A stretch of 47,899 nt of DNA, taken from Spirochaetaceae bacterium (lineage in GTDB: Bacteria > Spirochaetota > Spirochaetia > DSM-2461). A program made the position numbers and the translations under genes. Of this stretch, positions 30,424 to 40,399 are shown piece after piece (position 1 is the first letter of the stretch; every line of letters starts with the position of its first letter). The stretch lies in contig JAEINM010000001.1 of assembly GCA_016342385.1 (NCBI GenBank), positions 1 through 47,899 of the forward strand, written 5' to 3'. Under the pieces are notes generated by a model. The model made no database searches, had not been told where the DNA came from, and saw only the letters and a list, made by a program, of their open reading frames with translations.

Positions 30424-31557
30424 ATGCAGATTCTGTCTATTGCCAGTGGAAAAGGCGGTGTTGGAAAATCACTTGTAGCGGCAAATCTTTCTATAGCTCT
30501 GGCTAAAACAGGAAAAAAAGTCGTTCTTGTTGACCTCGATCTGGGAGGATCAAATTTGCACTTGATTCTAGGAAACCGCATACCGGAAAAGGGAATAGGG
30601 ACTTTTTTAAATAAACCTTTTACATCGATCGACGAGATTATCTATGAAACAGATTATAGCAACCTTCTGTTTATTCCCGGTGAAGCAGAATTGCCGGGAG
30701 CCGCTAATATCAGCAGTGCTCAGAAAAGAAAACTGATAAAAAAACTACTTGCACTCGAGGCGGATTATCTTGTAGCGGATCTTGGTGCAGGTACAAGTTT
30801 TAATACTATGGATTTGTTTCTGCTCTCCGGACAGGGGCTGATTGTGACGACTCCAACTCTGACTGCTACGCTTAATGCGTATCTTTTTTTAAAAAATGCA
30901 GTTTTCAGAATTATGAGTGCTTCTTTTAGGAAGAAATCTCCTGCTTATGAATATCTGGAAACTCTGAGAAAAGACGGAGAATCTCTTCAGAAAGTATTTA
31001 TACCGAGACTGGTTGAGAATATAAAAAAAATAGATCCAGAAAGTTATCAGAAATATGCAGATAATATTAAAGGTCTTCAGCCCAGACTTATTCTCAATAT
31101 GCTTGAAGATCCCAAAGATGCTGCAAAAGCGAGTAAACTCCGACACTCCTGTCGCGAGTATCTGGGTTTGAATCTCGATCATCTGGGGGTGATTTACCGC
31201 GATGAAATGCAGACTATCGCTCTTAATTCCCGTCTGCCAATAGTATCCTACAAACCGAATTCTGTATTATCTCAGGCTATATTCAGAATTGCGGATAAAA
31301 TTATCGAACATGAAGATGATATCAGCACCAGACCTCTTTCTTTTGATGAAAGCAATACATCTTTTAAGATTGCCGAACTGGAAGCTGAAACAGATTTTAA
31401 TTCTAAAATGCAGTCTCTAGAGGAGTTGCTTGATTGTGGAGCTCTTAATCAGGGAGATCTGATAGACACTATTAAAAGTCAGCAGTTTGAATTGAATATG
31501 CTTAGAAGAGAAAACAGATTTTATAAAAATAGTTTTCTCAAAAATAATAAGAAATAA
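30424..31557 (+). CDS. MinD/FlhG(YlxH)-family P-loop ATPase with C-terminal extension
   Basis: ASGKGGVGKS, DLDLGGSN, DLGAGT; coiled-coil-like tail. Confidence 0.88.
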   Translation: MQILSIASGKGGVGKSLVAANLSIALAKTGKKVVLVDLDLGGSNLHLILGNRIPEKGIGTFLNKPFTSIDEIIYETDYSNLLFIPGEAELPGAANISSAQKRKLIKKLLALEADYLVADLGAGTSFNTMDLFLLSGQGLIVTTPTLTATLNAYLFLKNAVFRIMSASFRKKSPAYEYLETLRKDGESLQKVFIPRLVENIKKIDPESYQKYADNIKGLQPRLILNMLEDPKDAAKASKLRHSCREYLGLNLDHLGVIYRDEMQTIALNSRLPIVSYKPNSVLSQAIFRIADKIIEHEDDISTRPLSFDESNTSFKIAELEAETDFNSKMQSLEELLDCGALNQGDLIDTIKSQQFELNMLRRENRFYKNSFLKNNKK

Positions 31558-31563
31558 AAAAGG

Positions 31564-32577
31564 ATGATGATGTTATATTTGAATTTTCCAACCTGGTTAA
31601 AACCGGAAATTATTCCCGGATTACCTGTCAGATGGTACGGCCTTATGTACCTCGTGGCTTTTTCCATTGCTTTTTACCTCTTTAAACATCAGGTTAAAGA
31701 AAAGAAACTCGGAGTTACTGAAGATGATGTGGTAAATTTTATTTTCTGGACAATCATAGGATTACTGATCGGTGCCCGTGTGTTTGCCGCTTTGGTCTAT
31801 GATACTTCGGGATTATACAGGGCTAAACCCTGGCTTATTTTCTGGCCGTTTTACAATGGCCGGTTTGTCGGACTTCAGGGTATGTCCTATCACGGAGGAG
31901 TGATAGGAGGTCTGATAGGCTATCTTGTTTATTGCAAAGTTAAAAAACACGATTTTCTTTTATGGGGAGACATGCTGGCAGCATCTATACCTCTGGGGTT
32001 TACTTTTGGTAGACTTGGTAATTTTATCAATGGTGAATTATATGGGAGAGTCACTACATCTCCCTTAGGTACAGTTTTTCCCGGAGCACAGACATTTTCA
32101 ACATCTCTGAAATGGGTTCAGGATACAGCACAGTCAATCGGTATGAATATCGAGGGATTATCTGTTGTGAATCTGCCCAGACACCCTTCTCAATTATATG
32201 AAGCACTCTTTGAAGGAATTGTCCTGTGGCTTATTCTCTGGTTTATTATAAAGAAAAGAAAACCATTCAACGGATTTATGATTGGTGCTTATTTGATTGG
32301 TTTTGGTTTTTTCAGGTTTATTATAGAATACTTGAGAGAACCCGATGCGGGTCTGGATTTTCCTCTTCAGTTTGGACCTGAAAATTCTCCCAACTATGTA
32401 CTGACGTCTCTATTAAACTTTTCAACAGGGCAAATCCTTTGTTTTCTGATGATAGCCGGCGGACTGATTTTTCTCATAATTTTGTCCTATAAAAATAAAA
32501 AACAGATTAAATCGGAAAACCATCCGATTAATAATAGAAAGAAGGATATGAGGAAACTCAGAAAAAAAATAAAATGA
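31564..32577 (+). CDS. lgt: prolipoprotein diacylglyceryl transferase
   Basis: VRWYGLMY, GMSYHGG, GRLGNFINGE, HPSQLYE. Confidence 0.97.
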   Translation: MMMLYLNFPTWLKPEIIPGLPVRWYGLMYLVAFSIAFYLFKHQVKEKKLGVTEDDVVNFIFWTIIGLLIGARVFAALVYDTSGLYRAKPWLIFWPFYNGRFVGLQGMSYHGGVIGGLIGYLVYCKVKKHDFLLWGDMLAASIPLGFTFGRLGNFINGELYGRVTTSPLGTVFPGAQTFSTSLKWVQDTAQSIGMNIEGLSVVNLPRHPSQLYEALFEGIVLWLILWFIIKKRKPFNGFMIGAYLIGFGFFRFIIEYLREPDAGLDFPLQFGPENSPNYVLTSLLNFSTGQILCFLMIAGGLIFLIILSYKNKKQIKSENHPINNRKKDMRKLRKKIK

Positions 32578-33719
32578 AGATACATAGAATAATACTATTA
32601 TATGTTTCAGTAGTGGCTCTTCCTCTTTTCGGGGAAGAGTTTTTTATTGAAGAGCACAATTATACAATATATATTCCAGAAGGCTGGAATGTTCTCGACT
32701 CCACTAATCTGGAGGAGTTGTCTTTTATGTCTGATGATCAGACTGTAGTCTCTCAGGTTTCTACATTCGATGGACAGAAATATGACTCAGCCCTGGATAT
32801 GTTTTACGATTTAACAGGCGACCTGAAGAAAGAAAGTGATGGAGAATCATTTCTTTACAATGGAGATGACTCCTACCTGGCCGATATAACCTTTGATAAT
32901 GAAGGCAACACTCTGAGAGGATGGTTTTTATTTATTAATCGTGATGACCGGGATTATTATATTTTTTCTTTTTCGGGATTGGAATATTACGAGGAAAAGT
33001 TGTCATTCATCTTATCTGTTCTAGACAGCTTCAGAGTCGAAAATAACGAGACGACCTATAAACCGGGAGCTGTCAGCCAGTTCTTTTATCCCTTTCCAGG
33101 AAAGGGTCAGGATATGGCCCAGATGGTTCTAAATGGCAATATTGTGAGTTTTAACACAGACCTGAATGAATTTGAAGCTTCTCAACTGGTTATTGAAAGA
33201 GAAGCTAATCTGATGATTTATTATCAGGATCTGGGAGACAGGCCCTTGTTTGAAGAGGCCTGGAAGAGATATTACAAAATAATTTTCAGGGATAATTATG
33301 AGAGATTTGCCAGTCTTGCTGAAACATTGAAAAATACGGATATCGGGAAAAATGACAGAGAAAAAGCCATCATTCTTTTAAACTGGATTCAGAATTTTAA
33401 GTATACCAGAGTTGACACCTTTTCAGATTTATTATCCCCAATCAGTGCAGTCTCTAATGAGGAAGGAGATTGCGATGCACGGGGTCTGGCTTTTTCTATT
33501 ATTTTAAAGCACCTGGGGATAGACTCTCTGCTTCTGGTTTCCTGGCAGTATAAGCATTCCATTAGTGCAGTTGATGTGCCGGGAGACGGTGCGAGATATC
33601 CCTTTGAAGAAAAAACTTTTATTGTTGCGGAAACAACAGAGGTTGTTGATATGGGAATGATCCCACAGTCTATGTCTGAAGGAGAAAAATGGATTCCCGT
33701 TTCATTCGGTGGGCCCTAA
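32574..33719 (+). CDS. secreted protein with C-terminal transglutaminase-like domain
   Basis: Signal peptide; WIQNFKY...EGDCDARG...HSISAVD...ETT. Confidence 0.65.
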   Translation: MKIHRIILLYVSVVALPLFGEEFFIEEHNYTIYIPEGWNVLDSTNLEELSFMSDDQTVVSQVSTFDGQKYDSALDMFYDLTGDLKKESDGESFLYNGDDSYLADITFDNEGNTLRGWFLFINRDDRDYYIFSFSGLEYYEEKLSFILSVLDSFRVENNETTYKPGAVSQFFYPFPGKGQDMAQMVLNGNIVSFNTDLNEFEASQLVIEREANLMIYYQDLGDRPLFEEAWKRYYKIIFRDNYERFASLAETLKNTDIGKNDREKAIILLNWIQNFKYTRVDTFSDLLSPISAVSNEEGDCDARGLAFSIILKHLGIDSLLLVSWQYKHSISAVDVPGDGARYPFEEKTFIVAETTEVVDMGMIPQSMSEGEKWIPVSFGGP

Positions 33720-33789
33720 TATCCAGAAGCTTTATTTTCCTTAAACTTAATATATAAAACTTCCGATTTATGAATACATAAGTGAATAT

Positions 33790-34956
33790 ATGAATAATAC
33801 AAATCAATTGTTTAATAAAATAAAAAGAACTCCCTATCTGAAGCCAACAGCTGCTTTTATGACTGTGTTTATTTTTGCCGGTGCACTGGTTTATTATGTT
33901 GAAACAGGTGAAAATCCACAATTCGAAACCTTTATAGATGGATTCTGGTGGGCAATCATAACATTTAGCACAACAGGTTATGGGGATAAAACCCCGATTA
34001 CACTTGGTGGAAGAATCATTGCTGTCATTACTATTTTTATTGGAATAGCTGGAATGAGTTTTCTTTCGGGGGTTTTCGCATCTGTTTTTGTTGATAGAAA
34101 TTCTAGAGCCAGGAGGGGTCTTGTGGATTTTCCAAAATTAAAAGATCATTTGATTATTTGCGGCTGGAGTGATGAGATAAAAGAGATTCTTCAGGATATT
34201 GTTGCTTTTTCAAAAGACTTCAGTTCTGATAAAATAGTCATTATTTCCAACATTTCCAGTGATAAGATTGAACCTCTGAAAGAAAATAGAGAATTGGAAC
34301 AGCTAAAGTATGTGAGAGGAGATTATTTTTCCGATTCAACTCTACGCCGCGCCAATGTTACAGAGGCCAAAAAAGTACTGATACTTTCAGATACCTATGA
34401 AAGTAATGCCGATGCTGAAGCTGATTCAAAAACGATAATGACTGTTATGACGATTAGAACTCTGACAAAAGAAGTGTATATTTGTGCGGAAATGATCAAT
34501 CGAAAGTATGAGAGTAATCTGAAACAGGCTATGTGCGATGAGGTTCTTTTTAAAAAAGATGTTTCTCAGAAAATTCTGTCTTACACTTCTGTTGAAAATG
34601 GTATGGGACATATTTTTTATGATCTTCTGTCTCAAAAGGAGAACGGATCTAGAATCACTACTCTGGAAATTGATGCAAAGTACATTGACGGGCCATTTTC
34701 TGACTATAAAAAAGGATGTTCCCATGCCAGTTATATCATTTTGGGATTATTGGAAAACACCGGATCCCCCAATAAGATGAAGATGGAAGCGCTCAGGGCA
34801 GCACAGAAAACAACGAATGTTTCCGTTCTTGTAGATAATCTTCAAAGTGTCAAAGAGCTGGAAGTTAACAAGCCGGTTTTTGCCCCGGAAAATGAATATA
34901 TTATCAAAAAACACACTCAGGCTATTGTTCTGGAGAAAATAAATGAATCAGCATGA
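33790..34956 (+). CDS. 2-TM potassium channel with RCK domain (MthK-like)
   Basis: FWWAIITFSTTGYGD selectivity filter and HLIICGWS RCK domain. Confidence 0.92.
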   Translation: MNNTNQLFNKIKRTPYLKPTAAFMTVFIFAGALVYYVETGENPQFETFIDGFWWAIITFSTTGYGDKTPITLGGRIIAVITIFIGIAGMSFLSGVFASVFVDRNSRARRGLVDFPKLKDHLIICGWSDEIKEILQDIVAFSKDFSSDKIVIISNISSDKIEPLKENRELEQLKYVRGDYFSDSTLRRANVTEAKKVLILSDTYESNADAEADSKTIMTVMTIRTLTKEVYICAEMINRKYESNLKQAMCDEVLFKKDVSQKILSYTSVENGMGHIFYDLLSQKENGSRITTLEIDAKYIDGPFSDYKKGCSHASYIILGLLENTGSPNKMKMEALRAAQKTTNVSVLVDNLQSVKELEVNKPVFAPENEYIIKKHTQAIVLEKINESA

Positions 34957-35437
34957 GATTATCGAAAAATTGAAACAGATTCCACTTTTTGCCGGAATTT
35001 GTGAAAATGATGAATATATGAATGAAGTGAGTAGAATCTGCACAATCAGGAAATTCAAAAAAGATGAAACGATAATTAAAGAGGGTGAGATCGGCTCAGA
35101 AATGTTTATCGTCTACGATGGAGCTGTTGAAATAGTAAAAAAAACCAGAGCCGGAGATGATTATACTGTTGTTACTCTGAAAGCGGAGTACAATGTCTTT
35201 TTTGGAGAGATGGCATTAATCGATGATGATAAGAGATCAGCAACTGTACTTGCTTCAGAAGATTCAGTATTTATTGTTATCGAGAAAAATGATTTTGAAA
35301 AACTGGGAAATAAGAAAGCGGAAATTGGACTTCCCGTGACAAGAGTTATATTAAAAACACTAGCATCAAGACTGAGAAAGACAAATGAAGATATGCTGAC
35401 TCTCTTTGATGCCCTCGTCAATGAAATACAAAGTTGA
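34943..35437 (+). CDS. stand-alone cyclic-nucleotide-binding domain protein
   Basis: IIKEGEIG, FFGEMALIDDDKRSATV phosphate-binding cassette; no HTH. Confidence 0.9.
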   Translation: MNQHEIIEKLKQIPLFAGICENDEYMNEVSRICTIRKFKKDETIIKEGEIGSEMFIVYDGAVEIVKKTRAGDDYTVVTLKAEYNVFFGEMALIDDDKRSATVLASEDSVFIVIEKNDFEKLGNKKAEIGLPVTRVILKTLASRLRKTNEDMLTLFDALVNEIQS

Positions 35438-35629
35438 TAATAAACCATAGTCAATAAAGAATTTATATGTATAAAAAAATATACAGTTAAAAAGAAATTT
35501 ATTATTGAGATAGGCTTCCAGTTTGTTAATTTGTTACAAGCAAACAGTTTATACTAAAATATCATAGCTTTAGTGGTTGGCATGATAATTGCATTATAAT
35601 ACCTTTAGAAACTGAATTGGAGCTTGATA

Positions 35630-36241
35630 ATGATAAGAAGCCTTACTGGTTATATTGCTGCTTACCCTACTAGAGAACTGGAAAAAGAATTCGTCAGAAA
35701 GTCGATACATTTGCTAATTGCAACAATACCGCTTATGGCATCTATCAATTTAAGTATAACCATAGGTTTACTTACTGCCGGAACTATCATTTATAGCTAT
35801 TCGGAAACTCTTCGCTGTTCAGGTTCACCTGTTTTTCTAATTTCCAATATTACTATGATAGCAGCAAGAGACAGAGATCGCAATAAATTTGTATTAGGCC
35901 CTGTAACTTTGGGTCTCGGTGCTCTATTAACTCTACTATTATATCCTCACCCAGCCGCAACTCTTGGTATATATGCCCTGGCATTCGGTGACGGGCTCTC
36001 CAGTATTTTCGGTAAGCTCTTTGGAAAACGATTAATTCCATTTGGCGGAGGCAAAACATTTGCCGGTTCAATTGCCTGCTTTATAGCTGTTGTTATCAGC
36101 AGCTATCCTATTACTGGGAATTTCGTAACATCTTTAATCATTGCCTTTGTCGCGACTTTTATTGAATTTCTTCCTCTGAAAGATTTTGATAATCTTCTCA
36201 TTCCTGTGGGAACAGCGGCATTTGCTCAATTGATTTTATAA
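35630..36241 (+). CDS. polyprenol/phytol/dolichol kinase (cytidylyltransferase-like) family membrane protein
   Basis: RKSIH, FGDGLSSIFG, KTFAGS, DNLLIP. Confidence 0.8.
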   Translation: MIRSLTGYIAAYPTRELEKEFVRKSIHLLIATIPLMASINLSITIGLLTAGTIIYSYSETLRCSGSPVFLISNITMIAARDRDRNKFVLGPVTLGLGALLTLLLYPHPAATLGIYALAFGDGLSSIFGKLFGKRLIPFGGGKTFAGSIACFIAVVISSYPITGNFVTSLIIAFVATFIEFLPLKDFDNLLIPVGTAAFAQLIL

Positions 36242-36245
36242 ATAA

Positions 36246-37070
36246 TCAGATCCACAAATAAAAATTATAAATTGATCTCGAGTAAAGGACTGTTCCTGAA
36301 AATATCATTGAAAAGGCGACAAGAGGGATGGGAAATATTAAAAGCAGTTCGTCTCCTGAAATAATTAGAATAGAAGCAATCAATACAAGTATATAATTTC
36401 GAGATTTTGTAGTGATGGCTACCCTGATGAAGTTGATGATAGTCAATACCCTGACAGATAGTATAATAATTAATAGGCTTGTACGATCGCTGATATTGTA
36501 CAGAAAATATCTGTTCATATCTGTCAGGTCGATTGGCATTAGGGCGGAGATAGTGAAAGAAAGAAGAAAAATGGATAGAAGTATGGTCCCGAATTTCTGA
36601 AATTTGATACCTATGGGAAACAGGCTCGATGCAAAAAAGCAAAAAACTCCGAAGAATCTGAAAAAATAAAAAACTCTGGTTACAATGACTCCGAAAAAAG
36701 GAGAGACATGCAGTATCAGGAGCTGGAATTGAAATAATCTAACAGACTGTAGAGAGAGAGAAATAATAAACAAAACAAAAAAGAAAATTTCCGGAGAGAT
36801 TTTCTTTTTAAAATAATGAAAAAGCAAGAGTGATGTTATTAAAGAAAATCCAAACAGAACAGAAGCGGTAATGATTGTCCAAAAAAGAGTATAACCGATA
36901 GAAGAACTTTTAAATGAGTCAGGCATTCCTCTGAGAATTGTTTCTATCTGGATTAGTGAGAATGAATTGTCCCGGGTCAGGAATAAAATTGTAATAAAAT
37001 AAAATAAAAAAAAAGTAATAGAAACTGTTAAAATTACCTTTATTAGGGTATTTCTTAGGGATAAAGTCAT
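36246..37070 (-). CDS. multi-pass membrane protein of unknown function
   Basis: About 7-8 hydrophobic segments; fills the gap between neighbours. Confidence 0.65.
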   Translation of the reverse strand: MTLSLRNTLIKVILTVSITFFLFYFITILFLTRDNSFSLIQIETILRGMPDSFKSSSIGYTLFWTIITASVLFGFSLITSLLLFHYFKKKISPEIFFFVLFIISLSLQSVRLFQFQLLILHVSPFFGVIVTRVFYFFRFFGVFCFFASSLFPIGIKFQKFGTILLSIFLLSFTISALMPIDLTDMNRYFLYNISDRTSLLIIILSVRVLTIINFIRVAITTKSRNYILVLIASILIISGDELLLIFPIPLVAFSMIFSGTVLYSRSIYNFYLWI

Positions 37071-37164
37071 ATTCTTATTAAAAACTACTTTAATTAAAAG
37101 GTCAAAAGCTAAAAAAACTTTTGTTTTTTATTTTTTGTTCGATAAACTAAGAAGAGGAGTTTCC

Positions 37165-37854
37165 ATGAAAAGAATTTTAGTTATATGCAGCTTGATTATT
37201 ATATCTATCAGTCACCTTTTCGGTGGAGATACAGCCAGATTTGTAAATCTCGGATTTTCCGGAGATGGCTCGTATTTTATGTTTGCTCAGCATGGATTTT
37301 CACCAGAGACAGGTACAGTATACTCCGATTTGTTTATAGTTGATGTAAAGAGAAATATTTTTACCACTGGCGGTGTACATCATGGGGAATATGAAACAAT
37401 TATTGAACCGGGGCAATCTTCTGATGGTGCTTTGTTTTCTCTGCTTGAAGAGACTGTAAACCATAGGAAGAGATATGCCATCTCTTACCTGGAGAAAGGA
37501 CGCCCTCTCTACATACGCATTCCAACTTCTGAAGAGGAAGATAATAATAACTCTCTGGAATTCAGGGATTTTCAAACCGAGATGAAATACAATATTGATC
37601 TTGCACAAAATGTTTCGGGAGAAGGTTCAGAAAAACTATCGACTTTTTATATTGATTTAAGCATAGAATATAAAAATGGGGTGAAAAAAGATCTAAAAGT
37701 CGGACATCCTGATTTTATCAGAAAGGGCATTGTTGAATATAATATCAACCGTATTCTACTGTCTCCAGAGGAGGATTCTCTGATTTTTATTATCAGTAAA
37801 ACCGATGTGGATCTTAACATCAGGTACATGATAGAGACAATCAACATAAAATAG
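37165..37854 (+). CDS. DUF2259-like secreted protein
   Basis: Signal peptide then GDTARFVNLGFSGDGSYFMFAQHG; SD AGGAG. Confidence 0.7.
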   Translation: MKRILVICSLIIISISHLFGGDTARFVNLGFSGDGSYFMFAQHGFSPETGTVYSDLFIVDVKRNIFTTGGVHHGEYETIIEPGQSSDGALFSLLEETVNHRKRYAISYLEKGRPLYIRIPTSEEEDNNNSLEFRDFQTEMKYNIDLAQNVSGEGSEKLSTFYIDLSIEYKNGVKKDLKVGHPDFIRKGIVEYNINRILLSPEEDSLIFIISKTDVDLNIRYMIETINIK

Positions 37855-37877
37855 TATAATTATTCTCGTGCAATAAT

Positions 37878-37908
37878 AGGATTTCTCTTTTGGAGAAGTC
37901 CTTTTTTT
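37878..37908 (+). terminator. intrinsic terminator
   Basis: AGGATTTCTCT-ttt-GGAGAAGTCCT followed by a T-tract. Confidence 0.8.
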
Positions 37909-37994
37909 GTTTTCATACCCGGAATTCATAAGGTTCCTTTATACCAGGATTATTGTTATAATGCTCATGTTTTAGAATAGACGGGGAGGAAAAC

Positions 37995-39713
37995 ATGAGA
38001 ATAGGGCAAATGTTTTATCACACTTTAAAAGAGGTTCCTAAAGAAGCCCAGATTCCCAGTCATCAGCTTATGTTCAGAGCAGGGATGATACAACAGTTAT
38101 CAAGTGGTGTGTATAATTACTTGCCTTTAGCTCTAAAAAGTATAAGAAAAATTGAAAACATAATTAGAGATGAATTATCTAAACGAGAATGTCAGGAAGT
38201 ATTATTACCAGTAGTTCAACCTGCTGAACTATGGAAGGAAAGTGGTCGTTGGGATTTTTACGGAGCTGAATTACTCCGTTTTAAAGATAGAAAAGAAAAT
38301 GATTTCTGCCTCGGACCAACTCATGAAGAAGTTGTAACTGATATGGTAAGAAAAGTTTTAAAATCCTACAGGCAACTTCCATGGAATATTTTTCAGATTC
38401 AGACAAAATTCAGGGATGAAGTTAGGCCCCGTTTTGGGCTAATGAGAGGTCGTGAATTCATAATGAAGGACGGCTATAGCTTTGATATAGATGAGGAATC
38501 TTCAAAAGAAACCTATAATAAAATGTATGAAGCATACCAGGCAATATTTAAAAGGACAGGAGTTCAATTTAGAGCTGTAGAAGCTGTAACCGGAAATATT
38601 GGTGGTAGTATGAGTCACGAGTTCCAGGTCCTGGCTAAATCCGGTGAAGATTTAATTATGAGCTGTGTTAACTGTGATTATGCTGCAAATGTAGAGATAG
38701 CCTCTTCTGTTTATGAAAAGGCCACTGTTGAGAAAAAATTTTATCTTGATGTAACAGATATTCACACCCCCGGACAGAAGACAATAGATGAAGTCTCTGC
38801 CTTTCTTGAGAAAGACAGTCATTCATTTATTAAAAGTCTTGTGTACATTATCGATGAGGAACCAGTTCTAGTTCTTATCCGAGGAGACAAAGATCTTAAT
38901 GAAGCAAAACTGATGACCTATTTCGGTGCCAACTCTGTCGAATTGGCCGATGATATTGTTATTGAGCAGATCAGTGGAACCGTGGCCGGTTTTGTAGGTC
39001 CAGTAGGTCTGAAAAAAAATATAAAAATCGTAGCTGATTATTCAGTATATGGACAGGCCAATATGATTACTGGTGCCAATAGAAATGAATACCATATTGT
39101 CAACGTGAATCCTGAAAGAGACTTTGAGGCTTCAGTGGTCGATGATTTTGGATTTGTTGCTTCTGGTGATAGATGTCCCCGTTGTCGTGGGGTGCTTGAA
39201 GACTACAGAGGTATAGAAGTGGGTCAGGTCTTTTCTCTTGGAATAAAGTACAGTAAAAGTATGAATTGTACATTTCTTGATAAAGACGGTAAAGAACAGC
39301 TTGCTGTTATGGGCTGTTATGGAATTGGTGTGGGAAGAACAATGGCGGCCGCTATTGAACAGAATCATGATGAAAACGGAATTATCTGGCCGATATCTAT
39401 TGCTCCATATGAAGTTGTTGTATTGCCCCTTCAAATGAATAGCGAAGAGGTCGTTGCTGCTGGAGAATCCATTTATGCAGAATTAAAAGAGCTTGGAGCT
39501 GATGTTGCACTTGATGACAGAGAAGAAAGAGCAGGATTTAAATTTAAAGATGCTGATTTAATCGGTTATCCCCTTCAGGTCATTATTGGTAGAAAATCCC
39601 TGGATAAGGGAGTTGTTGAAGTGAAAATTCGAAAGAGCGGTGAAAAATTTGAAGTTCTTATTCAAAATGTTTTTCAGTTTGTTCAAAAATATATAAGTGA
39701 TGAAAAAGAGTAA
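37995..39713 (+). CDS. proS: proline-tRNA ligase (bacterial type with INS editing domain)
   Basis: LGPTHEE, FRDEVRPRFGLMRGREF, GFVGP, MGCYGIG. Confidence 0.98.
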   Translation: MRIGQMFYHTLKEVPKEAQIPSHQLMFRAGMIQQLSSGVYNYLPLALKSIRKIENIIRDELSKRECQEVLLPVVQPAELWKESGRWDFYGAELLRFKDRKENDFCLGPTHEEVVTDMVRKVLKSYRQLPWNIFQIQTKFRDEVRPRFGLMRGREFIMKDGYSFDIDEESSKETYNKMYEAYQAIFKRTGVQFRAVEAVTGNIGGSMSHEFQVLAKSGEDLIMSCVNCDYAANVEIASSVYEKATVEKKFYLDVTDIHTPGQKTIDEVSAFLEKDSHSFIKSLVYIIDEEPVLVLIRGDKDLNEAKLMTYFGANSVELADDIVIEQISGTVAGFVGPVGLKKNIKIVADYSVYGQANMITGANRNEYHIVNVNPERDFEASVVDDFGFVASGDRCPRCRGVLEDYRGIEVGQVFSLGIKYSKSMNCTFLDKDGKEQLAVMGCYGIGVGRTMAAAIEQNHDENGIIWPISIAPYEVVVLPLQMNSEEVVAAGESIYAELKELGADVALDDREERAGFKFKDADLIGYPLQVIIGRKSLDKGVVEVKIRKSGEKFEVLIQNVFQFVQKYISDEKE

Positions 39714-39754
39714 TATCTGATGATTTATTTTATATAGTGCTATAATCTTATAAT

Positions 39755-40399
39755 ATGAAAAGAATACAGCTGATATTAATATTATTTCTTCTCTGTACCT
39801 CAGCTCTTGCCGCTGTAGACCATTTTATGTTGGAACTGGTCTCTGGTGTTACCTGGCTACACAATGAAGCTTATGGTAGAGATGGTGCAGGAGATAAAGA
39901 TCCCGATCCTATTGTATATAAAGCCGGTTTATCCTTTCCTCTGTATTTTTCAGAGACACTGTTTATAAAACCATCGCTGACTGTTATTGCTAAATCATGG
40001 GAGTATGTCAGTGAAAACAACTGGGCTATGCCGGTAGATCTTATGTGGCAGGATCTTATGGTTATTTCGCTTCTTCTTGATATCCCTTTTGGATATCAGC
40101 TGAATTTCGAAAACTTTTCTGTTGGGTTTTTCATTGGACCGGCTTTTGATTTCAGAATCCCGGTCTGGGGAGAAGAACAGTCTGTTAGAGATGACTTAGC
40201 AGATTACTTTTACAGTGATTTCAGGATTTTTAATCTGTCGGGAGGATTCTTTTTTGTTATTCCCCTGTCGGAAAAAATAGCATTTACATTAAATGCAGAT
40301 TCCTGGGTGCCTGTTCATAATTTCTGGTCTAATGGCGGTCTCCCCTTTTCCGACGGATTTATGGTGACTCTCAGTGCGGGAGTAAGGTTTACTTTTTAG
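39755..40399 (+). CDS. probable small outer-membrane beta-barrel protein
   Basis: Signal peptide (ALA), amphipathic beta pattern and C-terminal GVRFTF. Confidence 0.65.
   Translation: MKRIQLILILFLLCTSALAAVDHFMLELVSGVTWLHNEAYGRDGAGDKDPDPIVYKAGLSFPLYFSETLFIKPSLTVIAKSWEYVSENNWAMPVDLMWQDLMVISLLLDIPFGYQLNFENFSVGFFIGPAFDFRIPVWGEEQSVRDDLADYFYSDFRIFNLSGGFFFVIPLSEKIAFTLNADSWVPVHNFWSNGGLPFSDGFMVTLSAGVRFTF

Noticed and set aside
37118-37145. TTCGATAA as a sigma28 -10 before DUF2259
   Set aside because: No TAAA-like -35 at the proper spacing.
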